From: Octopus vulgaris | Lineage: Eukaryota | Direction of reading: 5' to 3' | Length of the DNA: 64,000 nt | NCBI GenBank assembly: GCA_951406725.2 | Contig: OX597822.1 | Coordinates: 103,602,001-103,666,000 of the forward strand | In this document: in pieces, positions 1 to 13,777 of the stretch | How the letters are laid out: each line of letters begins with the position of its first letter | Numbering within the stretch: position 1 is the stretch's first letter | Program-made: the position numbers and the translations under genes | Notes under the pieces: model-generated | Database searches by the model: none | Told to the model about the DNA's origin: nothing | What the model saw: only the letters and a program-made list of their open reading frames with translations

Positions 1-207
1 CTTGGAAAGCGGAAGAACGACCCTGGAAGACGGTGAGAGATCTGGAAGACCTGCCAGGAAACGATTCCCAGTCCGGATTCCAAGGGAAATAGGAAGGCTG
101 GGAGCGGTGTATTGCTGCGCAAAATGACACTTTCGAAGGAGATGATGTTAAAACTTTGGTGAAAAGGTAAATTTTATTTATTAAGCATAACTAGTCCGGG
201 AACCTTT

Positions 208-210
<3 letters not shown>
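1..210 (+). mobile_element. Degenerate mariner-type transposase 3' end and terminal repeat remnant
   Basis: ~98-142 translates as WERCIAAQNDTFEGD, resembling the mariner C-terminal RW..C....G.YFEGD motif; followed by TIR-like AGTCCGGGAACCTTTTG and a TA tract. Confidence 0.5.
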
Positions 211-243
<33 letters not shown>

Positions 244-281
244 AAATATATATACATGTATATATATATAAATATATATAT

Positions 282-375
<94 letters not shown>

Positions 376-379
376 ATAT

Positions 380-769
380 TCTCTTTACTCTCTTTTACTT
401 GTTTCAGTCATTTGACTGCGGCCATTCTGGAGCACCGCCTTTAATCGAGCAACTCGACCCCGGGACTTATTCTTTGTAAGCCCAGTACTTATTCTATCGG
501 TCTTTTTTGCCGAACCGCTAAGTGACGGGGACATAAACACACCAGCATCGGTTGTCAAGCAATGCTAGGGGGACAAACACAGACACACACACACACATAT
601 ATATATATACATATATACGACGGGCTTCTTTCAGTTTTCCGTCTACCAAATCCACTCACAAGGCTTTGGTCGGCTATAGTAGAAGACACTTTCCCAAGGT
701 GCCGCGCAGTAAGACTGAACCCGGGACCATGTGGTTGGTAAACAAGCTACTTACCACACAGCCACTCCT
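380..769 (-). mobile_element. tRNA-derived SINE family A
   Basis: Reverse complement has a tRNA-like head (GGAGTGGCTGTGTGGTAAG...GGTTCAGTC), an internal microsatellite and an (AGTAAAAG)n tail; more than 12 copies in the window. Confidence 0.85.
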
Positions 770-774
770 AAAAC

Positions 775-1043
775 TAATTAATTATTAATTAATTTTACCA
801 AGTAGTGTTTAGTATGTAAAAAGACCATTTAACGGTATATTTGAAACATTGCGTTATAAAAATAGGGTTCAGTAAAATAATTTACTTTACCACACACCGA
901 ACTTCTTAGAAATAGCAGCCACAAATCTTATTACAGTAGAAATCTATAACAGTAGAAGAAATAGCTAAGATTTTTGGCTGCTTTTTTTTTAAAAAAGTTC
1001 GGTGTGTGGTAAAGTAAATTATTTTACTGAACCCTATTTTTAT

Positions 1044-1047
<4 letters not shown>
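775..1047. repeat. Fold-back insert related to the 596-bp array unit
   Basis: Arms ~853-920 and ~975-1046 are reverse complements. ACCAAGTAG..ATGTAAAA..AGGGTT.AG..TTACCACA.ACCGAA..TAGAAATAGCAG aligns by eye with 36712-36826. Confidence 0.7.
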
Positions 1048-1142
<95 letters not shown>

Positions 1143-1144
1143 TA

Positions 1145-1440
1145 TATGTATATAATTTAGAGAAAAACCACCATTAAACAACTCAATAAAGAAAGATGTT
1201 ATTCATACCATATAGAAAACATATACTATAAAAAGAAATCTTATATATATATCTGTACATACATATTTGTGACAGACCATGCCTTTTTTTTTGCTGGGTT
1301 CAGCGCGCGCAGACATACATATACACATACAGTCACGATAGACTTCTTTCAGTTTTTTTTCATAGTATATATTTTTTAATTGATGTGAATAACATCTTTC
1401 TTTATTGAATGGTGGGTTTTCTCTAAATTATATGCATATA
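1145..1440. repeat. Fold-back (inverted-repeat) insert next to (TA)n
   Basis: TATAATTTAGAGAAAAACCACCATT..TCAATAAAGAAAGATGTTATTCA (~1151-1205) is mirrored at ~1386-1432. Confidence 0.7.
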
Positions 1441-1540
1441 TTATATATTGTGAAACTTGATTTAAATTTACTAAATTGAATTTTTCCCTGTAAGTTTTGG
1501 AATCATATTCCCTATTATTATTATTATTATTATTATTATT

Positions 1541-2001
1541 GAGTGAGAGAGCAGTTCATGCCATCAAAGTGACACTGGGGTAAAATATACGAAGCCCAAT
1601 ATACCCATCATGACTACCCGTCTGATAAAGGTACACCAGGCACATGCATCACAACCATATGTGCGCGACATGGTGATCTCATATCAAGATAAACAGCACA
1701 TGACCTTGCAGGTGGGGCCCAGTTAGAATTTTCTTCAGGTTGAGTAGCCCATCCCGCTCAAACGGTCCCTGAATAAGGGTTGTTTAAGGATGTTGAAAGA
1801 ACCACCCATGTTCCCAGAGGTGAACTATTCAAACCCCAAAGAATCCCTCTCAACACATGGCTATGATGCTCCCCCACTACTTCTGCTCGTGATCAGAGAT
1901 GCACATATCGTCAGCCACTAAGGGACATGCTCAACTGGTTAAGGTCAAACAACTGACAAGCAAATCTGTGGTATTGAGCAGAATATTTGCTGTAGCCCAT
2001 C

Positions 2002-2003
<2 letters not shown>
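1541..2003. mobile_element. Interspersed element inserted in a (TTA)n tract, family unresolved
   Basis: ~460-bp block of higher complexity, sharply bounded by (TTA)n on both sides; no recognisable coding motif. Confidence 0.4.
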
Positions 2004-2073
<70 letters not shown>

Positions 2074-2363
2074 TATCATTATTATTATTATTATTGTTGT
2101 TGTTGTTGTTGTTGTTATATATATATGTGTGTGTGTGTGTGGTTGTTTGTTCTGACTCATATGCACGTATATATATAAAGACACTTTCATACATAGATAC
2201 ATACATATATTTAACCTAGTGCAGTGTTTGTTTAATAAGAGGTAGACATTTATCATGTGAATTGAAAAGTTAGTTCTGAAAAAACTCTCTGGATGGTAGG
2301 CGATCCTTTCTAAGCACAACAAGATCACCTTTGATAATATAGTCGTCGAGGCATAATATGAAA

Positions 2364-2467
2364 CCATTTTTTTCCTTTTTTTTTGCTATTTTTTGGCTAT
2401 AACTCTCTAAAAATGCTTTATAGTTATTTCCCTTACAAACCTGAGCAACGCCGGGCGATACTGCTAG
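2364..2467 (+). mobile_element. Non-autonomous Helitron 3' fragment
   Basis: Ends CCTGAGCAACGCCGGGCGATACTGCTAG|T (subterminal hairpin plus CTAG), the same as the full copies. Confidence 0.75.
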
Positions 2468-2840
2468 TGTTAGATATAATGTATGTATTCATATTTGATG
2501 AGCAGTAAATCACTAAATCATCCATAACTTTTGTATTATCCTCTCAAATTACACCAAAATCTCAAGCAATAACAGATAATTATTTATTGTCTGTGAAAAT
2601 TTTAGAATATAAAACAACTTTGATAAAAAATTATATCTACTTTTCTGACGAAAACAATGCCGTTCTGAACATTTTGGCCGCCACTGTATATATACATAAA
2701 TATATATATAATTATATATAAAAAATAGAAAAGAGTGAAAAAACTACAGAAGGCTTGTTTTATAAGGTTAAAGAGTATATTTAAGTCGTTATGTTAGAAA
2801 AATGTTATAAAATTTTGTGCATGGTAACATAGTTTTTGGA

Positions 2841-2883
2841 GAAATACATGCATGTTTCTGGGTCTTGCCCATCATCAGTCTAG
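2841..2883 (-). ncRNA. Type I hammerhead ribozyme (PLE-type, weak stem I)
   Basis: Minus strand reads AGA CTGATGA TGGG-CAAGA-CCCA GAAA CATGCATG TA TTT: full core, 4-bp stem II, palindromic stem III. Confidence 0.7.
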
Positions 2884-2887
2884 AGTA

Positions 2888-2925
<38 letters not shown>

Positions 2926-2945
2926 TAGCATATATATATTCACTA

Positions 2946-2993
<48 letters not shown>

Positions 2994-2994
2994 A

Positions 2995-4549
2995 CTAGCA
3001 GAGATACCAGAGATACAGAATTAGACTTTTCTGTTATATTTTCTGTAATGAACTGGAATACCTATGATTAGAATTTCACCAAAATTGCAGATGAGTGTTA
3101 TTTCCCTCTCTACACACCCTTAAGATTATAATCATGACACATGTACCCTATACTACTGATTTTTATGTGCAGATTCCAAAATTCCAATCTTATAGAACCC
3201 GTTAAAAAGATTTTGCTCCTGAAAAATGGAGGTCATGGACCTCTAAAATGTGGGAGTTAAGGCCCCTATTAGGGGGGAATGTCTTAATATCAACCAGAAA
3301 GTTGAATTATTGAGAATCTTTTTGACCTGGGTCTTATATCTATTGTTTGAATTTCTTTGAAATAGAAATATATGTATGTTCACTGGGTTTGTAAAAGAGA
3401 GCAAAGCTACAAGAAACCAAAAGACGAATGATCACAATAAGCAGTCACCTGCCCTACACTAGTCGTTACCACTCCTAATGTAGGATTTCTCATCATACAG
3501 GTGACAGGCACAGCCGTAAGATGCATTACAGATCTATAGCAATTGGAAGGGTGTAACCCAACTCAAATAAACATTAACAACTGTGTGACATGAGGGCTAA
3601 GAGGAAATGAAAGTGTCCCCTCTGGAGTTTGCAAATGATCACTATACCGTTAGGGAAACTGGACAGAATAAATTTACAGTCTATAAATGTCTTTGAAAAC
3701 CAGTCACTCATCTGGGAAGGCTTTGAAATCAATGTTACCATCTGGGGACTGTGTGTGACCCAGTGATAAAAAAAAGACTGAAAGGAGGTCTACAACCAAA
3801 TAACTTTACTCAACACTTTGCAACTGAATCAGTGGAGGCAAAGATGCCCCTCATTTACTTGACAATTTATGTACCACATTGCAGAAATCACAATCTAAGT
3901 ATATCTCAAAGCAAACTGCTACACTGTTGTACCATCGAATTACAAATAATGCTCATCATTTACGCTCGGGTGACCCTACAACTTCCAAGACTACAACTGA
4001 ATTCGTCTTTGCTTAGATAAAATGACTAAATTGTGGGTGTTAAGTCTCCATGAAGGGGTCTTTCTAACTTGTAAAAGATGAAATTTTATAAATATTACTT
4101 CATTTGTGTCTAATATCTATGGATAAATTTTCATCAACAACAAAAATATATGAATTGTCATGGGGGTTATGGCCCTTATGCATAGAATATAATTTCCAAA
4201 TTTTGTAAAGATCTATTCAGTACTTTTGACCTAGTTTTGGATTATAAAAGAAATAACTAAAATTTTGGAGTTAAGGTCCCCATTAGGGTGTCTTAGAATC
4301 CTCACGAGAAGTGGAAACTTTGAGAATACTTCTTGATGTGTGTCAATTACCCATGGTTGAAATTTCATCAACATCGAAAATTTATGAATTTTCATGGAGG
4401 GTTTTCCCCCTTTAAGCAAACATATTGCACTATACCAACCCTTATGCATTGAATCTAAGTTCCAAATTTCATTAGGATCGGTGCAGCAGTTTTCGTATTT
4501 ATAAGTAATACACGAACACACATAAAGACATTGACTTTGATATAATAGA
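2995..4549 (-). mobile_element. Non-autonomous Helitron-like element (~1.55 kb)
   Basis: Minus strand starts A|TCTATTATATCAAAG..TGTGTG..GCACCGATCCTAATGAAATTTGG and ends GGTATCTCTGCTAG|T; internal repeats at ~3255 and ~4268. Confidence 0.6.
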
Positions 4550-4587
4550 TATGAATATGCACATATACATATATCTATATATGTGTG

Positions 4588-4618
<31 letters not shown>

Positions 4619-4866
4619 AAGATAAATTGAAAGATACAATTGAGTGGGCAAACACAAATATGAGACACTGCCTAGTGTTATTTTTATGTTGATCAATCAG
4701 GTACTTATTCTATCAGTTTCTTCTTGTGAAACCAGTAAGTTATGGGGATGTAAATAAACGAACAGCAGTTGTGAAACAGTGATGAGGGTGAAACACAGAG
4801 GCAAAGACACTTACATATATACACAATTGATTTCTTCCACTTTCTGTCTACGAAATCCATATATAT

Positions 4867-4905
<39 letters not shown>

Positions 4906-4947
4906 CGAAATCCATATATATACACACACACACATATATATATATAT

Positions 4948-4999
<52 letters not shown>

Positions 5000-5035
5000 A
5001 CACTTGTATATATATATATATATATATATATATGC

Positions 5036-5357
<322 letters not shown>

Positions 5358-5486
5358 TACATGTACATCTATGTATATATACATCTACACATATACATGT
5401 ATACATATACATCTATACATATACATCTATACATATACAGCTATATATATACATCTATATATATATATATATATATGTATACATAT

Positions 5487-5555
<69 letters not shown>

Positions 5556-6372
5556 TATATATATATACATTTGTGCAGATGTATATATATTTATATATAT
5601 GTACATAATATATATATTATATATATGTATGTATGCCTGTATTGCGCGGGGACATAGAAATAATCGGACTAAATACTCGATTGCGCGGTTTAAACCATTG
5701 GGAGTGAAGGACTCCTAGCCTTTGTTAGGGCATCCTTCTAGGAGAAGGTAACTCAGGTAACTGGGATAACTCCGACATAAAACCTGCGGCTCAGTGGTTT
5801 CCGATGATGTTGACTTCTTTTCGGATTATGGCTGCTATTGCTTAATGAGTGGGATTGACTCAGTGCACAGCCTCTCCTCACTTTAAAAAAAATCTTCTTG
5901 CACAGGCATTGCACGATAACAACATTGTTCATGATTGTTGATGGTGCTGTGAGTCTCAACTGAATGGCTGGCTGTAGCCTTAAAAAGCAAATAAAAGTCA
6001 CATTCGATCACCGCACCAGTAACAGTTAAGCTTCGTGCAATGGTCATACTCGATAACGAGGGGGCAGCCATCATGCCTGTATATATGTGAGATAACAGTT
6101 TCACTTTAATAGTTTCAGTATTAAAGTGAAACTATTAAAGTGAAAGTATCTGACATTGCAATAGAGAGATGTTATTGTTTCACGTAATACTGAAATAGTG
6201 GAGAAGATATGATATTGTTGTGGGCTCGCACAAGGCAAGAAGTTAAACATTTTTAGGGCATATGACACTACATGGACTCTAAATAAGGCATGTGTAAAAT
6301 TTGAATGAAATTGGTTGCGTAGTTCTCAAGTTTTAGGGATTCACACACACACACAGACAGATACATTCTCAT

Positions 6373-6460
<88 letters not shown>

Positions 6461-6909
6461 AACCAGCTAGAGGAGATGTCCTCTTGAGATTAAAAATCGC
6501 AGTAAAGTCCGTTCGAGCGGACTGTCACGTTGACGTGGCTACGAACATTACTTGTTAGTACAACTACTGCGTTGATCTCTTAGACAGATATTAGAACTAC
6601 CATTTTTGCTTGTTGCAAAATCAGCGTCTGCATGTCACTTGATATTATATATATTGCGAGTAGAAGTGAGCTGCAACCATCTCTAGCTGAAGAGGTGTCC
6701 AGTACTAAGGGTAGGAAGAAATTGCCCGAAATGAGGCTGATTTGCTGGTCCTATCGGTAGCTGGTAGAGGTTCGCTCCCTTGCTCGTAATATCTCGGAAG
6801 CAGCTGTGCATCGTTAACCAAGTAGAGGAGATGACCTCTAGGGGTTAAAAAATCGCAGTTATATCCGTTCGAAAATACAGCCATGTTGAAGTAGCTACGA
6901 ACATTACTT
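6461..6909 (+). repeat. ~1.3 copies of a ~355-bp unit (diverged ~95-bp direct repeat)
   Basis: AACCAG.TAGAGGAGATG..CTCT..TTAAAAATCGCAGT..TCCGTTCGA..GCTACGAACATTACT occurs at ~6461-6552 and ~6816-6908; bounded by microsatellites. Confidence 0.7.
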
Positions 6910-6934
6910 ATATGCATATATATTTATATATATA

Positions 6935-7597
6935 GTTGAAATTTAAATAATTGAAAAGATTGGAGTCAAGAAGAAAGAATACGTTTGGACATTTGTATAT
7001 TATTGGCTACAATTGTTTCGACGCAACGTAGTTCACCAAGAATACAGGTATTTGATTATGCAACTATTTGCTTGCATAATGCGATCTAGTTGTGTTTCCT
7101 CAGGCGATATACAAGCGTTGTCTCCGTTTAAAATTTTCGATTTCAAGGCCATCCTCTCTATTTGTGGTAGTTTGAATTTGGTTGTGGCTGAAATCCACAT
7201 GGGGCGAGCTGTGAGAGCGTGTTTGTCCGACTACTATGGAAGGTATTGTCTTCTATTTGGCTGTATTTCAAATTTGTTCTTCATAGCTGGCTGCACATGT
7301 GAATTTCCGACTCTGACCTATAGTATTCATTGATCAGATACATACACACATACACATACAGAGACTCACACATATATTCTCAAGCACAAAACTATTTATA
7401 TATGCCCATACACACACATATACGCACTCACTTATACATAACTAGGCATAGATTCTCGTACACACGCATAGGTTCCTGTACACACCTGTATTCCGGGAGA
7501 ACTACGTTGTGTCGAGACAACTGTAGCCAACAATAAAAGAATGTCCAGACGTACACCCTCTTCTTGACACCAATCTCTTCAATTTGATATTCACATA
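6935..7597. repeat. Diverged fold-back insert with a hammerhead in the left arm
   Basis: ~6935-7033 is mirrored by ~7500-7597. Minus 7105-7005 reads GC CTGAGGA [long stem II, AACACAAC..GTTGCGTC] GAAA CAATTG TA GC. Confidence 0.6.
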
Positions 7598-7744
7598 TGT
7601 CGAATGCTCAATTTTAGGGTTCGAAGTATATAATAATGCTACCTGTACTATTGGGTTATTTTGAAGGTGGACGAGATTTGTACTGTACTCTAACACGTTC
7701 CTGACGGAATACAATATAAATACATACATACATACATACATACA

Positions 7745-7774
<30 letters not shown>

Positions 7775-7776
<2 letters not shown>

Positions 7777-8015
7777 GGGAGAGTTTGCGAAAAAACAAAA
7801 AAAAACAACAAAAGACGAAGACAGGTGATGTACAAAACAAACAGATGTATTAGTATAACGCTCGGGAATAGAAAAAAGTCTTTTACGATTCGAGCCTACG
7901 CTCTTCTACAGAAAGGAACACAGAAAAAACAAGGAGAGAAACAAGGAGAGAAAACAGGAAAGAAGAAAAAAAGGAGAGAAAAAATGTGTGTAGTGGCTAA
8001 CGATCTATCATGGCG
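7775..8015 (-). mobile_element. PLE-type 3'-end fragment family with a hammerhead-like motif (also ~8790-8995, 20805-20850, 24165-24470, 36245-36376, 63525-63610)
   Basis: Shared AAAAGACGAAG(A/G)CAGGTG..GTATTAGT..CGCTC..ACGTTTCGAGCCTACGCTCTTC.ACAGAAAG block, always abutting a TA-type microsatellite on the same side. Confidence 0.6.
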
Positions 8016-8598
8016 ACTGTATACATATAGACATATATATATGTCTGTGTGTGTGTTTGTTATATATATGCATATATAAAATACATAAATAAAAATAAAT
8101 ACATATATATATGTATGTATATACATGTACACACACACAGATATGGAAGGTCTGATAGGGATACCAGAAACTTAAAATTTTCGAAATTATTAAACTTATG
8201 TTTTTTTTTACGCAAAATGAATAACTGTATGGTCTAAGTAATATATCTTCTCAGTTACATATTAAATATAACGTGTATACAATGAGACACTTCTATTAAT
8301 AAAAAACTCAGTAAATTATTTCGTGTTTGCAACGTATATAGCTATATATTTCAGAACCAATTATATGTATAAATTATTTGCATAGTGTACATATTTGTAT
8401 TGCTAACATATTATAGTCCAACGGTTGGAGAATATTCAATGTGGAGAAAAATTCTCGTTTCACTCGTTATTTCTTTTGATTTTCTTCTTGTTCTTCACAT
8501 CTAGTTATTCAAATCTCATGTTTCCGTTCATCAGACCGGATACCTGATAATATACTGAAGGTAAAAGTATCCATGTGCCAAATTTAAAATAATCCGCT

Positions 8599-8650
<52 letters not shown>

Positions 8651-9011
8651 TCTATGTATATATATGTGTGTTGTGTATATGTATATATATATATATATAT
8701 ATATGCATACATAGATTAATACATACCTATATGTATATTTATTATAATTAGGTACATATATATGCATGTATGTATGTATGTATATATAGAGTGGAGAATT
8801 CACAAAAAAAAAAAACAACAAAAGACGAAGACAGGTGATGTAGACAACAAACAGATGTATTAGTTTAACGATCGGGAAGTGAAAAAGTGTTTAACGTTTC
8901 GAACCTACGCTCTTCCACAGAAAGGAACACAGAAAGAAACAACGAGAGAAAATAAAGAATGTGTAGTGGTTAGCGATCTATCATGGCGAATGCTGATATA
9001 CATATATATAA

Positions 9012-9052
<41 letters not shown>

Positions 9053-9124
9053 TTTTTATTTTATTTTTTTATTTTATCTAGTTTCAGCTCACGAGCTGTG
9101 GCCATGCTGGGGCACCGCCATTTG

Positions 9125-9402
9125 GTGTTGCTACATGATTTTACTTCACGAATGCTTTTTAGCAACTACCATTTGGTGCATGAGAGAGTTCGATGCAGCT
9201 GCCCTCATCTGCACCTCCTGCTGTGAAGTTGGTTCATCCGGGACACCTGACAGGAAGAGATCCAGTCCTACTTTAAAGAAATCCACATCCACCCCACACA
9301 GGTCCCTCAGGTTCTTCGGGAGAATATTGAAGAGCTGTGGTCCTCTGAAGCCCAGGCTATCACAGTATCTTGTCCTACATCTTGATGGTAAATTTGGAGT
9401 CC
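9125..9402 (-). pseudogene. CR1-group LINE ORF2 C-terminal remnant
   Basis: RYCDSLGFRGPQLFNILPKNLRDL...DFFKVGLDLFLSGVPDEP matches the W/FN.LP....FK..LD..L tail of CR1/L2-group RT proteins; 5' truncated. Confidence 0.7.
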
Positions 9403-9461
9403 TTTTTTTGTATACATACATATATGTATGTGTATATGTGTGTGCATATGTGTATATTTGT

Positions 9462-9503
<42 letters not shown>

Positions 9504-9712
9504 TCTATATGTATGCATGCATATACGTGGATAAATGCACACGTATGTATATGAATAGACAGGTAATCACACACTACTCTTCCTCTTTCTCTCTTCTTAA
9601 ATCCACTTCAAGGAACTGCATTTCCACCGGACTTCTGGTATTTTTCTTCCCTCGTAGTTGTTTTTTTTCCGATGAAGCATTCCATGTCCAAAATGGCAAA
9701 ACCTTTTCCCCA

Positions 9713-9747
<35 letters not shown>

Positions 9748-9754
9748 AATCTTT

Positions 9755-9787
<33 letters not shown>

Positions 9788-9871
9788 CATTATGTAGTAT
9801 AAATAATATATATCTACATATACGCATATATACGTACATATATATACATACATACATATATATGTATATAT

Positions 9872-10105
9872 ATATTAATAAATAAAAACATATGCATATA
9901 TATAAACATATATGTACGTACCTACCTCTACATGTATATATACACGCATATATGAGTACAGGACACCAAAAGGACGTCGAACACAATGAGAAATGGAAAC
10001 ATAGACACAAACCCAAGGAAGTGGACATTTTTTTAAACAACAAAAAATAGAGTACAGGACAATTAACAGAAAGAAAAAAAACCCTTCTTTCATCTACTCT
10101 ACGTT
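9872..10105 (-). mobile_element. PLE-type 3'-end fragment family 2 (also ~13075-13220 -, 27600-28160 +, 33390-34143 +, 60412-60730 fold-back, 62940-63190 -)
   Basis: Shared ATGTACGTACCTACCTCTACATG..GTACAGGACACC..ACGTCGAACACAATGAGAAA block adjoining (TA)n. Confidence 0.6.
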
Positions 10106-10420
10106 AGGCACACACACAAACACACAATACATGAAAGTTAAATGTACTCAGTATATAAAACATTCAGAAGTGCTCAAGCGAATTTTCTGGTGATGAAGAG
10201 AGCCGGACTTATTGTAATCTGTAATATCTCCGTGCAACTGGTTGGTGGTTATAAACGCATGACTTTTTTGCATGTATCAATATTACGTAACTCTGCTTAG
10301 TTAAGAAATTAGGTATTTTCTTCATACTTTTCTTCATTTTTCTGCTCAATGTATATATATATTGTATTATATTATACTATATATTACATACATACATACA
10401 TACATGCATATATATATATA

Positions 10421-10824
10421 TACTCTTTTACTTGTTTCAGTCATTTTGACTGCGGCCATGTTGGAGTACCGGCTTTTAGTCCAGCAAATCGACCCCGGGA
10501 CTTATTCTTTGTAAGCCCAGTACTTATTCTATCGGTCTATTTTGCCGAACCGCTAAGTGACGGGGACGTAAACACACCAGCATCGGTTGTCAAGCGATGT
10601 TGGGGGGACAAACACAGATACACAAACATACACACAAATACATATATATATACATATATACGACAGGCTTCTTTCAGTTTCCGTCTACCAAATCCACTCA
10701 CAAGGCATTGGTCGGCCTGAGGCTATAGCAGAAGACACTTGCCCAAGATGCCACGCAGTGGGACTGAACCCGGAAACATGTGGTTGGTTAGCAAGCTACT
10801 TACCACACAGCGACTCCTGCGCCT
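10421..10824 (-). mobile_element. SINE family A, full length
   Basis: Same head, body and tail as 380-769. Confidence 0.88.
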
Positions 10825-10830
10825 ATATAC

Positions 10831-10937
<107 letters not shown>

Positions 10938-11066
10938 TATATAAAAACTTAGACTTAGATAAACTTAGATATGTTTCGACCAAAGATTGGTCCAGGCCAT
11001 GTGTAACTTAATAGCACCACCTGATAGGATTATTCGAATCCTGTTTAAGTCAAGTTTTGTTTGAGT

Positions 11067-11136
<70 letters not shown>

Positions 11137-11140
<4 letters not shown>

Positions 11141-12310
11141 AACTAAAATCATTGAACAAGCAAATACAAAGCCAACCGCATGTCATTTCATAATTCGAAC
11201 ATTTAATTATAGAATAAACATATAACCCGCAAGATGGAACAAAATTCATATGTACAGCACGTAATAATAATAATAATATGGTGCGAGAAAAATTCTTATC
11301 ATTAAAACTTAGAATTAATATTTTAGCGATTCAAAGAGAATATATTTATAAAAGACGTAGAAAGTAAAATATAATATAAGTAATATATAAAAATATATAG
11401 GTATATAAAAATATAGGCATATAAAAATATATAAAACATATATAAATATATATACATATAGGAGCATATAAAAAATATAATATATATATGTATATATCGT
11501 GTAAATAAAGTAAAATAATGTTCATCGTCTAGAAATCTTAATCAGGTAAAATAAGCCTTATATATAAGAAGGAAATGTTTACTTATCCCTATGGCCATTT
11601 CAGGGGTGTATTATGTTTAAAGCACTAGGGTGCATTCAGATAATACCTCCTTCGTCAGGGGAAAAAAATATAAAGCTTTGTCTTTTGGGCTATCCGTGCA
11701 TGAATACCAAAGTGGGAAAGCAAACAACACCGTACGGGCCTGGTGCGTGATGGCTATCTTTGCGTTTATATATATTTTTTTCCCCTGACGAAGGAGGTAT
11801 TATCTGAATGCACCGTAGTGCTTTAAACATAATACACCCCTGAAATGGCCATAGGGATAAGTAAACATTTCCTTCTTATATATAAGGCTTATTTTACCTG
11901 ATTAAGATTTCTAAACGATGAACATTATTTTACTTTATTTACACGATATATATATATATATATTATATTTTTTATATGCTCCTATATGTATATATATTTA
12001 TATATGTTTTATATATTTTTATATGCCTATATTTTTATATACCTATATATTTTTATATATTACTTATATTATATTTTACTTTCTACGTCCTTTTATAAAT
12101 GTATTCTCTTTGAATCGCTAAAATATTAATTCTAAATTTTTAATGATAAGAATTTTTCTCGCACCATATTATTATTATTATTACGTGCTGTACATATGAA
12201 TTTTGTTCCATCTTGCGGGTTATATGTTTATTCTATAATTAAATGTTCGAATTATGAAATGACATGCGGTTGACTTTGTATTTGCTTGTTCAATGATTTT
12301 AGTTTGATAT
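11137..12310. repeat. Long near-perfect inverted repeat (~540-bp arms, ~90-bp spacer) inserted in (TA)n
   Basis: ATCAAACTAAAATCATTGAACAAG.. (~11137) mirrors ..CTTGTTCAATGATTTTAGTTTGAT (~12308); the right arm continues to ~12395, then (TA)n. Confidence 0.92.
11781..11857 (+). ncRNA. Type I hammerhead ribozyme (mirror copy on minus strand at 11586-11662)
   Basis: TCCC CTGACGA [AGGAGGTATTAT..GCAC CGTA GTGC..ATAATACACCCCT] GAAA TGGCCA TA GGGA: stem I TCCC/GGGA, extended stem II, palindromic stem III. Confidence 0.85.
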
Positions 12311-12393
12311 TTTTGTCTCTTCCAATAGAGCACTTCTATTGCAGTCCTATTAAACCATTTTTTTTTTGTTCCTGACAAAGAAACAATTATTGT

Positions 12394-12541
<148 letters not shown>

Positions 12542-12544
12542 GCA

Positions 12545-12838
12545 CTTAGAGATAGTAGGCTCCTTCATCTCACCATATAAAAAAGAATTTTTATTTTAAA
12601 TACCTACTGTTTTATAGCTTGGCTACACGTGTTTCCTGATGTACATTCCCCGGTTCCTAAACTACTCCATGTTTTGCTAGAACCCTTCCTAAAATGCAAC
12701 CCCAATCATCAGGCCCTTATTTCACTTATGTATTAATGTACCTCATGAAACACGTGTAGCCAAGTTATAAAACAGTAGGTATTCAAAATAAAAAATTATT
12801 TTTTATATGGTGAGATGAAGCGGCCTACAATCTCTAAA
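12545..12838. repeat. Fold-back insert with a minus-strand hammerhead (12621-12715)
   Basis: Arms ~12545-12647 and ~12735-12838. Minus strand reads GGC CTGATGA [~70-nt stem II] GAAA CACGTG TA GCC. Confidence 0.75.
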
Positions 12839-12914
12839 TGGAAATATATATTTCTTCATTGAGAATAATTTGAACCTCTGTTATGCCGGAATTTTTATTC
12901 CCTAGCAAATAAAA

Positions 12915-12985
<71 letters not shown>

Positions 12986-13603
12986 AAACCAGCTTAGAGA
13001 AGAAGAAACGAAACGAAACGAAACGAATCGAACCGAATCGAATCGACGCGAAGGAGCTCAGTCATACAATAGTGTAATAAATAAAATATATGCATACATA
13101 CAAACATATATGTACGTACCTACATCTACATGTATATATACATGCATATATAAATATATATACGTGTGTACAGGACACCACAAATAGACGTAGAACTCAA
13201 CGAGAAACGAAAACGTAAAAACAGCATTGTGTTATTTGCAAAGGGAGGTCATCCTCCCTCGAAGACCTAAGTACTACATACGGACTATAGTTTCAAGGTA
13301 ATTGCCTCTCGTCAACGCATGGTAAGCACCGGTCTTCGATGAAGGAGTCTCCTTGCAAATAATATATAACGTTTTTCACAGCAACCACTGTCACTGATTT
13401 AGAAAAACTGTCTGAAAGCAATAATAAATATCTGAACGAGATATAAACAGTAACCGCTCGGCAACGTAAGGTGTACTAGCCATCTGAATGTTGCTAGCCA
13501 CTAGGGGTGGGGTGTTACTGATGCTTTTAGCCCCAGGCGATCAACGTCACCAGATGGACTTTAGACACTATCTCAGTGCCCTTGTGTTATTTTCAAAGGG
13601 AGG

Positions 13604-13656
<53 letters not shown>

Positions 13657-13715
13657 TACATATACATATATACATATATATATATATACATAATTATATA
13701 TACATATATACATAT

Positions 13716-13777
<62 letters not shown>

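Noticed and set aside
3751-4020. 89-aa ORF inside the Helitron-like element as a captured gene
   Set aside because: No recognisable domain, and the surrounding frames are interrupted; cannot be supported without a database search.
5640-6090. Possible RTE 5' region or host exon
   Set aside because: Only a short motif resemblance (CTAGGAGAAGG..AAACCT) and no coding evidence; too weak to call.
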